DNA of 64,000 nucleotides, from the NCBI GenBank assembly GCA_020831625.1, contig JAFIGD010000001.1, forward strand, positions 139,296 to 203,295. The letters are read 5' to 3'. Each line of letters opens with the position of its first letter. Position 1 is the first letter of the stretch. Made by a program: the position numbers and the translations under genes. Under the pieces are notes generated by a model, which saw only the letters and a list, made by a program, of their open reading frames with translations, ran no database searches and was not told where the DNA came from. The stretch is from Verrucomicrobiota bacterium. Its GTDB lineage: Bacteria; Verrucomicrobiota; Kiritimatiellia; SS1-B-03-39; UBA6053. This document shows, one piece after another, positions 46,718-55,849 of this stretch.

Positions 46718-48715
46718 TCAGGCCTTCGCGGCTTTGACTTTTCCCAGCAGTTCGGACACGTCCCTGCCGCCGAGGTTGAGCTTCCCGGCCACGTCGCTGA
46801 GGCGGTCGAGCGTCGAGAGGGTCTTCTCGTCGTCGGTCATCGCCGACATGCGGGCGAGCAGGGCGGAGACGCTGATGTTCTTCAGATCCTCGCTGCTCAT
46901 CCCGAAACGGCCGGCGAAGGTCCGCAACTGGCTGGTGAAGGCCTCGGGATCGCCGCTGAACAGCGTGTTGCTCACGTCGGTGAGCAGACGGCTGTTGTCC
47001 ATCAGGCTGTCCAGCGATTTGCCGTTGCTGACCGAATTGACGATCTTCTCGAAGAAGGTCGATTCGCCGCCGACAATGTCGATGTTGGCGCTCTTGAGCG
47101 CCTCGCCCACCAGGGCGGACTGCTCGCGGGCGATATCGCGGCTGACGTTGACGGCCGCAAGCTGCAGCTCGAGGTCTTTGTTGAGCCGGAGTTTGAACTC
47201 CTCGTGCTCGCGTCCCACTCCGTCGAAGAGCTTCATCGCTTCGGCTTTCTTCTCGATGCCCTGGGCTTCGGCAAAGGCCTTTTCCTGAACCACCTTCGCT
47301 TCGGCGCGGCCGAATTTCTCGCTCGCTTCGGCCTTGGCCTCCAGCACCCGGGCCTCGCCCATGCCGATGACCGCCTCCTCCTGCGCCTTGGCGTCGGCCA
47401 GGATCTTGCGGGCGTCCGCTTCGCGTTCGGACGCATCGCGCGCCGCCTGCGCCTCGATCACCCGCTCTTCCGCCGCATGTTTGGCGGCGTCGCGCAGCGC
47501 TTCGGCCGCGAGCACCTTGCGGATCTTTTCGGCCTCGCCCGACTCGCGGGCGTTGGTTTCCGCCACCTGACGCGCACGCTCGGCGGTCGCGAATTCCTGA
47601 GTGTCCTTGATCTTTTCCTGCTCTTCGACCACGGTGCGCTCCACCGCGACCCGCTCGCGAATGACCTCCTGGATGTTTTTCTTTTCAACCTCCAGGGCCT
47701 TCTCTTTTTCGATTTCCTGCAGTTCAACCACCCGTTCGCGCTCCACGCGCTCCAGGCCGCGGTCTTTCTCCACCCGCTCGGTTTCCACCGCTTCGGTGCG
47801 CTCTTTGTTCTTTTGCGCCACGATGATCTGCCGCATGCGGTTCTCTTCCGCCACCGCGACCTCCTCGGCAGTCTGAATGCGCACCCGCTCGGAGCGGAGC
47901 CGCTCCTCCTCCTGCACCACTTTGGACTGCGCCTCCTCGCGGGCGGTGATCTCGGCGATCTCCCGGAGCTGCTTCTGCTCCGCGTCCGCCTGCTGACGCT
48001 CCAGTTCCAGGATGGCCTCGCGGGCCTCCACGTCCTGCTTCTTGATCGTCTTTTCTTTGTTGCGGTTGATGTGGTTGGCCAGAATCGCCTGATTCGCGGT
48101 CAGCTCCACAATCTTCTTAATCCCCTCGGAATCAAGAATGTTGTTGGGATCCAGCTCCGCGAGCTTGGTCTGCTCCAGATAGTCGATCGCCGCGTCGTCG
48201 AGCACATACCCGTTCAGGTCGGTACCGATGACTTTGAGGATCTCCTCCTTGAACTGCTCCCGGTTGGTGTACAGATCCACAAAGTTGAACTGCTTGCCGA
48301 CCGTTTTCAGCGCCTCGGAGAACTTCGCGTCAAAGAACGCCACCAGCTCGCGCGGATCCGATCCGCGTTTGCAGCCCAGAGACTGGGCAACCTTGAGCAC
48401 GTCCTGCGGGGTCTTGTTCACCCGCACGAAGAAGGCCACCTTCACGTCCGCGCGCAGATTGTCTTTGCAGATCAGTCCGTCGCTGCCGTCGCGGTTGATT
48501 TCGATACGCTTTACCGAAATGTCCATCAGCTCCATGCGCTGCAGCACGGGAATGATGAGCATGCCGATGAAGCTCACTTTGGTGCCGCCGATGCCGTTCC
48601 GGATAATGGCGGTACTTTGCTCCACCTTCTTGTAGCAGGCGGAATAGAGGAAAAACAGGCCCGCGAGGATGATGCCCAGCACCATAAACGCAGCCGTGAT
48701 AATTTGTGCAATCAT
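46718..48715 (-). CDS. Flotillin / SPFH (band 7) family protein with a long Glu/Ala-rich coiled coil (YqiK/FloT-like)
   Basis: 665 aa with an N-terminal TM and an SPFH core (TAIIRNGIGGTKVSFIGMLIIPVLQRMELMDISVKRIEI...), then EA-repeat coiled coils. Confidence 0.8.
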   Translation of the reverse strand: MIAQIITAAFMVLGIILAGLFFLYSACYKKVEQSTAIIRNGIGGTKVSFIGMLIIPVLQRMELMDISVKRIEINRDGSDGLICKDNLRADVKVAFFVRVNKTPQDVLKVAQSLGCKRGSDPRELVAFFDAKFSEALKTVGKQFNFVDLYTNREQFKEEILKVIGTDLNGYVLDDAAIDYLEQTKLAELDPNNILDSEGIKKIVELTANQAILANHINRNKEKTIKKQDVEAREAILELERQQADAEQKQLREIAEITAREEAQSKVVQEEERLRSERVRIQTAEEVAVAEENRMRQIIVAQKNKERTEAVETERVEKDRGLERVERERVVELQEIEKEKALEVEKKNIQEVIRERVAVERTVVEEQEKIKDTQEFATAERARQVAETNARESGEAEKIRKVLAAEALRDAAKHAAEERVIEAQAARDASEREADARKILADAKAQEEAVIGMGEARVLEAKAEASEKFGRAEAKVVQEKAFAEAQGIEKKAEAMKLFDGVGREHEEFKLRLNKDLELQLAAVNVSRDIAREQSALVGEALKSANIDIVGGESTFFEKIVNSVSNGKSLDSLMDNSRLLTDVSNTLFSGDPEAFTSQLRTFAGRFGMSSEDLKNISVSALLARMSAMTDDEKTLSTLDRLSDVAGKLNLGGRDVSELLGKVKAAKA

Positions 48716-48718
48716 GTC

Positions 48719-49360
48719 TTAATACTCCATGGGGGTGATAATGTAGATGTCTCGTTCTGTCTGATGCTGTAAAATAACCGCCTCGCTCCCTTTGGAAATT
48801 TCCTCCCCTTCGGTGCGGACGTTCAAGGTAATGGGCGCGCCCTCGTCCACAATCTCCGCCTGCCCGAAGACGGCGTCGGCTTTGGAGGAGGTCACCACCA
48901 CCCGGGACCCGATCAGATCCCTTCTGGCGGACACGTCCTTCTGCATTTGTTTGAAAAGGGGCACCATTGGCAAGGTGATCACCTTGGCCGCGTGCGCGCT
49001 GAAAACCAGGTTGACCCCGAACACGGCCAGGCCGATCAGGGGGACCGCCCGGCTCCCCAGCATTTCATTGGCGATCATGCCCGTCACCCAGAAACTGAGC
49101 GCGAAAAAGCTCACGAAAATGGAAATGGGCACATACTTGATGTTGAAATACTCAAAAAAAGCGTCGAAGGCGGTGTGCGCGGCCTCAGGGCCCGCATCGC
49201 CCTCGAATTCGATCTCGGGCAGATCGAGATCAAGAGACGACAAATCCATCACGCCGAAAATCACCGTCAGCCAGTAAATCACCACCAGCAGCAGCAAGAG
49301 CGTCGCCGGCAGGTTCACCACGTGAAACGCGGCGTGATAGAATTCAATCAGGGAACTCAT
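48719..49360 (-). CDS. NfeD/YqiJ-like membrane protein (flotillin partner)
   Basis: 213 aa with multiple TM helices and a C-terminal soluble beta-rich segment. It is upstream of, and coupled to, flotillin, and its ATG overlaps the pspA stop. Confidence 0.55.
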   Translation of the reverse strand: MSSLIEFYHAAFHVVNLPATLLLLLVVIYWLTVIFGVMDLSSLDLDLPEIEFEGDAGPEAAHTAFDAFFEYFNIKYVPISIFVSFFALSFWVTGMIANEMLGSRAVPLIGLAVFGVNLVFSAHAAKVITLPMVPLFKQMQKDVSARRDLIGSRVVVTSSKADAVFGQAEIVDEGAPITLNVRTEGEEISKGSEAVILQHQTERDIYIITPMEY

Positions 49361-50031
49361 TCGCTTTTCGCGCCTCCGCCCGAGAGTTTCGCTTTCAGCG
49401 CCGCCATTTCCGCGTCCACTTTGAGATCCCGGCGCTCGGCGGTGCTGTCATGCGGACGGAATTCGCCCCGCATTTCCCGGTCAATCTCGACCTGCGATTC
49501 AAGTTCAAGCACCGCATCCTCCAGACGCTCGAAGCCAAGCTCTCCCGGCGAACGCAGGTTGTCGAGCTGACGGCCCATCGATTTCTCCGCATCCGCCGCC
49601 CGTTTCCGGGCGCGCAGATCCATCATATACGAACGGGCCTGGTTGAGCTGATCCTGGATTTCCACCAGATTCTCCTTCAACTCGTCGTAGGTTTCCCGCC
49701 GACTGGTCAGCACCGGCTCCAAATTCTGAATGCGCTCCTCGGTTTTCACCTTCTCCGCCAGGGCGCGGCGGGCGGTGGTCTCGTCCCCGGCGGTGAGAGA
49801 GGCCTCCGCCCGGGCCGCCAGGTCGTCGCGCGACGCCCGCAGACTGTCCAGATTTTTCTCCAGACGCTTGTAGGTCACCGCGAAGCCGGCCAGTGCGTTT
49901 TTGGCTTCGGTGGAGGCGTTCTCCAGTTCGGTGATTTTGGCGAGAACCTCCGCCTCGGGCGTTTCCACCTGATTCAGCCACTGGGTGATGTTCCCTTTGG
50001 CGATGCGTCGAATGCGTTCAAGAATGGCCAT
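49357..50031 (-). CDS. pspA: PspA/IM30 (Vipp1) family protein, copy 1
   Basis: Start at the ATG at 50031 (MAILERIRRIAKGNITQWLNQVETPE, the canonical PspA N-terminus), 1 nt after the upstream stop. The ORF-track start at 50088 is an upstream in-frame extension. Confidence 0.8.
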   Translation of the reverse strand: MAILERIRRIAKGNITQWLNQVETPEAEVLAKITELENASTEAKNALAGFAVTYKRLEKNLDSLRASRDDLAARAEASLTAGDETTARRALAEKVKTEERIQNLEPVLTSRRETYDELKENLVEIQDQLNQARSYMMDLRARKRAADAEKSMGRQLDNLRSPGELGFERLEDAVLELESQVEIDREMRGEFRPHDSTAERRDLKVDAEMAALKAKLSGGGAKSE

Positions 50032-50032
50032 G

Positions 50033-50770
50033 TCAGACTCCTTTCGTGCTTGAAGCGGCTGCGGTTGAGGCGGCGGAGGTTTTGTCACTGATTTTGGCTT
50101 TCAGCGCCGCCATGCGGCGGTCCAGCTCCGCTTTGCTGTTCAGTTCATCAATCCGGCGTTCCAGCGAAGCGGTGCGTCCGCCGCCGCCGCCAACCCCGGC
50201 GAGGTCCTTGCGCACCTCCAGCGCGGATTCTTTCTCCTCCACTCTGGATTCAATCGCGGCCACCGCGTCGAGAATGCTGCCCGACGACGTCACCGGACCC
50301 GAAACCGTGCGCTGAATTTTCTCCTGCGAGGCCACCACCCGGGCGCGGGTGAGCAGCTCGTCCTTTTTGGCGCGAATTTCGCGGAGCTGATTCTGCGTTT
50401 CCTCACGGGCGGCTTTGGCGGCCGCCAGCGACGCGTCGGCAACATCTTTTCCTGCCTCCAGCCGCAACAGATCCGATTCCAGCTTCATTTGCACCTCCAG
50501 CGCCTCGCGGGCGGTGGACTCCTCCCCGTGCTCCAGGGCGGATTCCGCGCCGCGGGTCATTTTTTCCAATTTTTCGCGGGCGCTTTCCAGAGCCTTGGCG
50601 GCGGATTTGGCATTCGCCATCGCTTTGGCCTCCGCCCCGGTCGCGGCGCGGATCTGATCCTCCATTTCGCGAACCAATTGCGGGAAAACCACTTCCGGAT
50701 TTTCGGTGTTCGACAGAAAAACCTCAAGTTTTCCGGTCGTGACTCTTTTCATTCTGCTCATGATACTCAT
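50033..50770 (-). CDS. pspA: PspA/IM30 family protein, copy 2
   Basis: 245 aa (MSIMSRMKRVTTGKLEVFLSNTENPEVVFPQLVREMEDQI...). It is coiled-coil throughout. Confidence 0.75.
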   Translation of the reverse strand: MSIMSRMKRVTTGKLEVFLSNTENPEVVFPQLVREMEDQIRAATGAEAKAMANAKSAAKALESAREKLEKMTRGAESALEHGEESTAREALEVQMKLESDLLRLEAGKDVADASLAAAKAAREETQNQLREIRAKKDELLTRARVVASQEKIQRTVSGPVTSSGSILDAVAAIESRVEEKESALEVRKDLAGVGGGGGRTASLERRIDELNSKAELDRRMAALKAKISDKTSAASTAAASSTKGV

Positions 50771-51267
50771 TTTTGGTTCTCCTTATGTTGAGGTGAATCG
50801 GTTTCGTCAAGCTCAGGCGCAAACGCGCCCATTTCACAACCCAAAACAAACTGTTCGCCAACGCGTTTCAAATCCTCCCATTCGACCCGGATGCTCTTGG
50901 CCTCATCCTTGTCGATTCCGTTTTCATGCGCCATGCTTTTGGACACCATGTCCAGCATTTCCGAAAATTCTTTCAGGATCCTCTGGGTCATGTTCAGCAC
51001 CCGCAGTTCCGTCTCCATCATGTCCGGAGCGATGTTTTCGATAAAAAATCCGTTCACCTGCTCGCACAGCCAAATAATCGGACCGTGGTCGCCGGTGATC
51101 TGGCAGAGGTTGAGAATGCGGTCCAGCGGATTGTCCGCCCCGCTCGCGTCCCTCCCCTTCGCCTCGCACCATTTGTAAATCAGCGAAGGCGACAGGGCCA
51201 TATCGGCCGCCACCGATTTCACGCCGGCTTTGGCAACCGTTTGTTTGATAATTTCATGTGAGTCCAT
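50767..51267 (-). CDS. Putative HTH transcription regulator (phage CII / YdaS-like helix-turn-helix)
   Basis: 166 aa. Its HTH candidate reads VKSVAADMALSPSLIYKWCEAKG, which resembles the lambda CII segment ...SQISRWKRDW. It is the first gene of the psp/flotillin operon. Confidence 0.45.
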   Translation of the reverse strand: MDSHEIIKQTVAKAGVKSVAADMALSPSLIYKWCEAKGRDASGADNPLDRILNLCQITGDHGPIIWLCEQVNGFFIENIAPDMMETELRVLNMTQRILKEFSEMLDMVSKSMAHENGIDKDEAKSIRVEWEDLKRVGEQFVLGCEMGAFAPELDETDSPQHKENQK

Positions 51268-51637
51268 CGTTTCTTCCTTCCATAGATTGGGTCGATGAGG
51301 GCATTGTGCATCTTTTCCCCCTCAACCACCAATTATAATTCGCGAAAAAAAATAGAATCAGCCCGGAACGGGCAATTCACCGTAGCCGTGGGTTTCGAGG
51401 GCTGTTGGGCAGGCTTAGGGTGAGACCACGGATGTTTAGCCGCCGGCAGTGATGCAAGGGTGTTTTGAACACAAGGACGCAAAGAAACACCAAGTGCCTT
51501 CTCCACATTCCCCCACGCATTCTGCGTGACAAGCTTCCCCAAAGCCTTCGTTTCCTTCCTTACCTTCTGTAAAAACAGGGGAAAGTCCCGGCCCGGCAAC
51601 GCTTGACTGTCCTGATTTCCTGCATAAATCAATCGCC

Positions 51638-52744
51638 ATGAATATCGGCATTATCGGCGTCAGCGGATTTGGAGCGCGGCATTATGATGACCTGCTCCGC
51701 GAAGTGGAACAGGGAAACGCAACGGCGGCCGCCGCCTGCATCATCAATCCCGAAGAGGTTCTGGAAAAAGTGGCGCGCCTCCGATCCCTGGGCTGTCGCA
51801 TCTATGATGATGTGTCCTCACTTTTCGCGGCGGAAACCGGACGCCTGGACCTGGTGCTCATCCCCACCGGCATCGCCACCCACCGTCCCTTCACAGAGAT
51901 GGCCCTGGCCGCCGGCGCGCATGTTTTCGTCGAAAAACCGGCCGCTCCCACCGTGGCCGATGTCGACGCCATGATCGAAGCAGAGGCAAACGCCGGCCGC
52001 CGCGTGTTTGTCGGATTTCAGCACCGCTATGATCCCCTGACCCGTGAGCTGCAGCAGCGCCTGCATTCCGGCGAACTTGGCCGAATCCTCGAAGTGCGGG
52101 GGTCGGGCTCCTGGCCCCGGGCGCTTTCCTATTACCAACGCAACGCCTGGGCCGGCAAACTCCGGCACAACGGCGCGCCCGTGAATGACGCGCCCTTTAA
52201 CAACGCCTTCGCGCACGATGTGTTAACCGCTCTCTGGTTCGCCTCGCCGGAATGTGGCCGCGCCGCCGACCCCCTGCGCGTCGAAGCCGAACTCCACCGC
52301 GTGAACGACATTGAAAGCTGCGACACCGCCTTTCTGCACCTTGAAACCGACGGGGCCCCGGTGCATCTCGCCTTCACCCACGTCGGCGAAACACCCCGGG
52401 AGCCCCGCATCCGCGTGATCGGCGAAAAAGGGGAATTCATCTGGTCGCATAAGGAGGCCCGAATCCTCGGCGGAAACGGCCAGATCGTCTGTAAAGACTG
52501 TCTCTCCACAGAGGCCCTGAGATCGGCCATCTTCCGAAATATCCGCGAGGTTCTCCGGAACAGTCCCGATGCCGGCCCGGTCTGTACGCTCCCCCTCGCC
52601 CGCGCCCAAACCCGCGCCGCCGAAACAGCCCTCGCCGCACCCATCCGCCAAGTTCCCCCCAATCACATCCGCCGCCTGCAAACAGAAGACGGAGAAATCC
52701 GCCTGATCTGGGACGAAGCGGACGCGCGGCTGGCCGAATTCTAA
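51638..52744 (+). CDS. Gfo/Idh/MocA family NAD(P)-dependent oxidoreductase
   Basis: 368 aa. The N-terminal Rossmann motif reads MNIGIIGVSGFGARHYD, and a typical EKP (VFVEKPAA) motif is present. Confidence 0.8.
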   Translation: MNIGIIGVSGFGARHYDDLLREVEQGNATAAAACIINPEEVLEKVARLRSLGCRIYDDVSSLFAAETGRLDLVLIPTGIATHRPFTEMALAAGAHVFVEKPAAPTVADVDAMIEAEANAGRRVFVGFQHRYDPLTRELQQRLHSGELGRILEVRGSGSWPRALSYYQRNAWAGKLRHNGAPVNDAPFNNAFAHDVLTALWFASPECGRAADPLRVEAELHRVNDIESCDTAFLHLETDGAPVHLAFTHVGETPREPRIRVIGEKGEFIWSHKEARILGGNGQIVCKDCLSTEALRSAIFRNIREVLRNSPDAGPVCTLPLARAQTRAAETALAAPIRQVPPNHIRRLQTEDGEIRLIWDEADARLAEF

Positions 52745-53455
52745 CGCCCAGGCACGGCGGATAGGTATCAGTGTCCATAAGTGTTATCAGAGGTTTTTCC
52801 TCTCCGTACTCTACATCCTCTCCACCCAGGCACGGCGGAAAGGCATCCGTTTTCATCCGTGGTTCCTCTCCACCGGAATTCAACCACTGATTCCACTGAT
52901 TTTCACTGATCCAGCACGACGGAAAAAATCGGGAATTCATTTCATAAACGCCATACACAATATCAACGTCCATCCGCAGGTACTCTCGACCACCCAAGCA
53001 CGGCGGAAAAGTATCAGTGTCCATCAGTGTTATCAGTGGTTTCTCTTCCCCGCACCCTAAATCGCTTTCACCCAAGCACGGCGGAAAGGCATCAGTGTTA
53101 TCAGTGGTTTCTTTTCACCGTACCCTAAGTCCCCTCCGCCCAGGCACAGCGGACAGGTATCAGTGTTCATCAGCGGCTCCTCTCCACCGGAATTGAACCA
53201 CTGATTCCACTGATTTTCACTGATCCAGCACGCCGCAAAAATTTGAGAGTTCATTTCATACATTCCATACATAAGATCAACTCCCATCCGAACTTCTCCG
53301 CCACCCAAGCACGGCGGAAAAGTATCAGTGTCCATCAGTGTTATCAGTGGTTTCTCCTCTCCATACCCTACCCCTCCGCCCAGGCACGGCGGAAAGGCAT
53401 CCGTGTCCATCTGTGTCCATCCGTGGTTAAACCAACCCTCTTATCACAGGCCTAC
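52745..53455. repeat. Degenerate tandem array of the W repeat family (about 55-bp core with three direct ATCAGTG heptamers), filling the whole convergent intergenic region
   Basis: Core: ccaRgcacRgcggaMaRgYatcagtgtccatcagtgttatcagtggtttctc. Units start at about 52753, 52831, 52999, 53077, 53145, 53310 and 53395, giving spacings of 78, 168, 78, 68, 165 and 85. Two units carry an insert of about 110 bp with three inverted heptamers (cactgattccactgattttcactgat). The whole arrangement is present as two copies of a roughly 305-bp super-repeat. Confidence 0.85.
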
Positions 53456-53459
53456 AGTG

Positions 53460-54530
53460 TTAGGCCTTGGAATGCCGGACGGTTTCGCGCGGCTCAATCA
53501 ATTCGTGAACCGTCAGCACCGCGCTGCCGAGGAGCAGACAGGCCATGACCTGATGGGCGACGGCAACGTGAAGCTGAACGCCCGAAACCAGAGTGTACAT
53601 CCCCAGAACAAACTGCAGGATGCCGCACAGAAACAACAGATTAAACCCAAGCTTTTGACGCTCCATCAGGCGGTGCGACTGCGCGAACAGCCAGAGCGCG
53701 ATCAGCGCCGCCACGACCGCCAAGCCCAAGTGACGGTGCACGAACTGCACCGCCGCAGGATCGGTGAAAATATTCCACCGCGTCTCCGGAAAAAACCGTC
53801 CGCCCATCAGCGGGTACGTATTGTACATGTGACCCGCCTGCAGGCCGGCGGTAAACGCGCCGTACACAATCTGGAGCGCCAACAGGCCCAGGAAAATCAT
53901 GCTGTATTTCCGCAGCCGGACCACGGAATGATAATTGGTTTTCCGGTGTGTCCAGAACGGGTTCAAATCCAGCACAATCCACAACAGATAACTGAAGAGC
54001 GCCAGCGCCATGGACAAATGCGCGGCCAGCCGGAAATGACTCACCCGCGGGAGTTCCGCGAAACCGCTGCGCACCATAAACCAGCCGAGAAATCCCTGTC
54101 CGCCCCCCAGAATCAGTCCCAGCAAAAGTTTCCACCGCAGAGAGCCTTTCACCCGCCCCCGCACCCAGAACCAGACCATCGGCAGCGCGTAGGCCAAACC
54201 GATAAACCGACCCAGCAGCCGGTGAATATATTCCCAAAAATAGATCTCCTGGAAATCCGGAAGCGTCATCTCCCCGAGATTGCGGCTGAACTGCTCGTAC
54301 TGGGCGGTGGCGTTCTGCTTGTAGAGATCAAACGCCTTCTGCCATTCGCTCTCGTTGCGCGGGGGAACCGCGCCCATGATCGGATTCCAGTCCGCAATCG
54401 ACAACCCGGAGCCGGTCAGCCGCGTGATCCCGCCCACCGCCACCATAATCACAATCAGCGTACACACCAGCCAAAGCCAGTAGGCGACAGGGCGGGGATC
54501 GTCGGGCGAAAGCCTGGTCTTCTTTTTCAT
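53460..54530 (-). CDS. ctaA: Heme A synthase (COX15/CtaA family)
   Basis: 356 aa with 8 TM helices. It has the conserved His-containing helices typical of CtaA/COX15 (HRLLG..., HRHLG...). Confidence 0.8.
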   Translation of the reverse strand: MKKKTRLSPDDPRPVAYWLWLVCTLIVIMVAVGGITRLTGSGLSIADWNPIMGAVPPRNESEWQKAFDLYKQNATAQYEQFSRNLGEMTLPDFQEIYFWEYIHRLLGRFIGLAYALPMVWFWVRGRVKGSLRWKLLLGLILGGGQGFLGWFMVRSGFAELPRVSHFRLAAHLSMALALFSYLLWIVLDLNPFWTHRKTNYHSVVRLRKYSMIFLGLLALQIVYGAFTAGLQAGHMYNTYPLMGGRFFPETRWNIFTDPAAVQFVHRHLGLAVVAALIALWLFAQSHRLMERQKLGFNLLFLCGILQFVLGMYTLVSGVQLHVAVAHQVMACLLLGSAVLTVHELIEPRETVRHSKA

Positions 54531-54544
54531 CGGTTCTCCATGAT

Positions 54545-55849
54545 TTAAATCGCGGCTCCAGCGGGAAGACGAGCCTGAACCGCCCGGTCCATCGCGTCAA
54601 AGGACGGCAATCCGGTGCGCTCCGCGTGTTCGGGGGAGGTGCGGACCGCCTGATAGCGGCGGTGGAACTGACGCGCCATGCTCCGGTAGCCCCTGGCGCG
54701 TTCCGCGTCCCGTCCGTCCCACTCACGGGCCTGCACGAGCAGGGCCGTGAGCCGGATCATCGCCTGATCCCGGCTCAAGTGGGCGGGATCGTCCTCCAGA
54801 CGGCTTTGCGCCAGCAGGTTCAGCAACCCCTCCGGTCCCGGAAGCAGTTCCACATTCAAACGGGTTAACCGGCCATACAGTGCCAGCGCCTCAACGCTTC
54901 GGCCATATTCCGCGTGCAGCAGAATGGACTCCATCAGCACCATCTCCATCGAGCGGCGGGTCAAATCCCCGAAAAGCGGGTCCGCATCCAGCCGCTCCAG
55001 TTCGGCCAGGAGACGGTCGGTCAGCTCAAACCGCGGCAGCGCCAGCAGCGGCTTGCCGTCGCTGTCGGTCAACAGCTCGCCCTGCATCAGAAGCTGGGCC
55101 AGACTGTGCAGCCGCATCCGCTGCAGGTTCCGGGCCTGAAACCGGTTGCCGCGCACAACTCCCAGGCCGCGGTCCGCCCAATAAAGCGAATGCGTGGCGG
55201 GAATCCGCCAGTCCAGCGGGCCGAAGGTTTCCTCCAGCGCACCCATCGACTCCGGCCGCATGCGGAACACCCGCTCCACTTCCCGCAGACCGTCGGGATG
55301 CGAAAACGCCGCCTCCGCCTTGCGCGCCAGCTCCGCTTTGTAAAAAAGATGGGCCTGATCAAAATCCATGCCGATTTTGTGCTGAAACATCCAGCCGATG
55401 TTCCAGTGCAGCACCGGCGAGACCGGATTGTTGCGCAGACCGTCGTTGCGCAGCAGATCCAGTCCGTGCGAGACCCAGCGCCAGCGGTCCTCCGGCTCCG
55501 AAAACAGCACGCTGATGTTATAGGCCAGGTTCCAGGCCTGAAATTCCCAGACCTCCGGAATCGTCGGCTCCAATTGCGAGATCCAGGTGGCCAGTTGCAC
55601 CAGTTCAAAATACTGGCCGTTCTCCTGCAGTTCCGCCGCGCGGACCCAGAGCACATCCGCGACCAGGCCCCGGAATGCGCCGAACGCCACCGTCGTCATC
55701 GCCACCAGCGGGGTGGTGTCCTCCGGCGCGACAAACTGAAGATTATCCGCGCCCCGGCGGGCCACCAAATCCGCGTGCCGCCCGCCCGCCAGCAACAGCA
55801 GCACCGCGCCCGCCACCCCGAACAGCCGCGCCTTTGTCTTCGGATTCAT
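54545..55849 (-). CDS. Hypothetical exported protein (N-terminal signal/anchor); unknown function; downstream of the ABC-2 transporter genes
   Basis: 434 aa with an N-terminal hydrophobic segment (MNPKTKARLFGVAGAVLLLLAGG). No motif was recognised. Confidence 0.45.
   Translation of the reverse strand: MNPKTKARLFGVAGAVLLLLAGGRHADLVARRGADNLQFVAPEDTTPLVAMTTVAFGAFRGLVADVLWVRAAELQENGQYFELVQLATWISQLEPTIPEVWEFQAWNLAYNISVLFSEPEDRWRWVSHGLDLLRNDGLRNNPVSPVLHWNIGWMFQHKIGMDFDQAHLFYKAELARKAEAAFSHPDGLREVERVFRMRPESMGALEETFGPLDWRIPATHSLYWADRGLGVVRGNRFQARNLQRMRLHSLAQLLMQGELLTDSDGKPLLALPRFELTDRLLAELERLDADPLFGDLTRRSMEMVLMESILLHAEYGRSVEALALYGRLTRLNVELLPGPEGLLNLLAQSRLEDDPAHLSRDQAMIRLTALLVQAREWDGRDAERARGYRSMARQFHRRYQAVRTSPEHAERTGLPSFDAMDRAVQARLPAGAAI

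Noticed and set aside
47204-48772. 522-aa plus-strand ORF
   Set aside because: It is a Leu/Arg-rich shadow of the flotillin coiled-coil region.
51268-51637. Sigma54 promoter upstream of the psp operon
   Set aside because: No TGGCAC-N5-TTGC element was found. Only a palindromic AATTATAATT (51331-51340) that could serve as a -10 on either strand, with a poor -35. That is too weak to call.
52437-53410. Minus-strand ORFs 52437..53075 and 53057..53410, encoding repeated MDTDTFPPCLGG...EEKPLITLMDTD peptides
   Set aside because: They lie entirely within the W-family tandem repeat array. The periodic peptide reflects the DNA repeat, not a gene, and the same holds for 39258..39593.
52745-53455. Possibility that the repeat array is a CRISPR array
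   Set aside because: The inter-repeat segments are themselves mutually similar (ccgtaccctaagtcccctccgc, ccataccctacccctccgc and so on), the spacing is irregular (68-168 bp), and no cas genes are nearby.
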